Both the position numbers and the translations under genes were made by a program. A stretch of 64,000 nucleotides of DNA, from assembly GCA_965261165.1 (NCBI GenBank), contig OZ253445.1, positions 1,369,082-1,433,081 of the forward strand, in the 5' to 3' direction. The notes beneath the pieces were generated by a model that was given only the letters and a program-made list of their open reading frames with translations, did not search any database and was not told the origin of the DNA. This document shows, piece after piece, positions 63,649 to 64,000 of the stretch. Each line of letters starts with the position of its first letter. Position 1 is the stretch's first letter. Origin of the DNA: Gammaproteobacteria bacterium (lineage in GTDB: Bacteria; Pseudomonadota; Gammaproteobacteria; Eutrophobiales; Eutrophobiaceae).

Positions 63649-64000
63649 TTATGAATTATTGATGTGTTTTAAACGATCATTCGCAAGTCGTGATGCAGTC
63701 GTGCCAGGAAAGCGTTGTCTGACCTCAGTGTACCAGAGCTTGGCTTCATCGGTCTTCCCCATTTCTTGATAACTATAACCAATCTTTAGTAGTCCATGGG
63801 GGACTTTCTGGCTGTCTGGATAATGGGTAACCAGATTATTGTATTCTCTAATCGCATCTTCGTATTGACGTTTTACATATAATGTTTCTGCCATCCAGTA
63901 TTGGGCATTATCTGAATATTGGTTATTCGGGTGTGCCTGCAGGAATGCGTCAAAGGCTTTAATGGCCTGGTCATACTCAGATTTTTTCAGCAGCTTAAAC
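63649..64000 (-). CDS. cpoB: Tol-Pal system protein CpoB/YbgF, C-terminal TPR part only; the N-terminus lies beyond the window end
   Basis: The frame remains open to position 64000. The TPR-like sequence is YDQAIKAFDAFLQAHPNNQYSDNAQYWMAETLYVKRQYEDAIREYNNLVTHYPDSQKVPHGLLKIGYSYQEMG. The cpoB-queE-queC order is as in Pseudomonas. Confidence 0.75.
   Translation of the reverse strand, partial: FKLLKKSEYDQAIKAFDAFLQAHPNNQYSDNAQYWMAETLYVKRQYEDAIREYNNLVTHYPDSQKVPHGLLKIGYSYQEMGKTDEAKLWYTEVRQRFPGTTASRLANDRLKHINNS

Overview
This is a chromosomal segment of an AT-rich gammaproteobacterium (GC looks roughly 40% by eye; not computed). Its core gene order closely matches Pseudomonas-type synteny. The main syntenic blocks are:
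- arsM-like methyltransferase, folD, and ctaA on the opposite strand
- a split class II ribonucleotide reductase, nrdJa-nrdJb, preceded by tandem NrdR boxes
- an NSS transporter, then ratA-ratB, with bamE opposite
- fur and a convergent recN, followed by nadK
- the heat-shock block hrcA (with a CIRCE element), grpE, dnaK (sigma-32-like promoter), dnaJ and dapB
- cysG, dcd and apbC, with metG divergent, followed by rnfABCDG
- yaaA, cspA and a degenerate-GGDEF protein
- hemE, a DUF368 protein and a rare-type gshA
- algR-algZ opposite argH, then a giant AsmA-family protein, mutY, yggX and tRNA-Phe
- moeB, prmC, prfA and hemA on the minus strand
- a DUF47/PiT phosphate transporter pair with coq7
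- deaD, then queC, queE and a partial cpoB
The accessory content consists only of decayed mobile DNA and repeat families:
- an IS5-like relic of about 1.27 kb with imperfect terminal inverted repeats, present in two near-identical copies
- an ISNCY-family transposase pseudogene inserted between bamE and fur
- a noncoding repeat of about 150-290 bp in three copies, two of which form a long inverted pair flanking the DUF47-pit-coq7 segment
- a second repeat of about 150 bp in two copies
- a roughly 1 kb gene-poor region of mixed remnants between dapB and cysG that holds a permease gene remnant
I found no CRISPR array, no intact integrase or transposase, and no obvious multi-gene defence or novel enzymatic system. 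The most unusual things are the repeat architecture, an rnf operon that stops after rnfG with no rnfE, a degenerate GGDEF gene bracketed by perfect tandem duplications, an orphan intrinsic terminator suggesting an sRNA, and a 1215-aa AsmA protein with internal module duplications.
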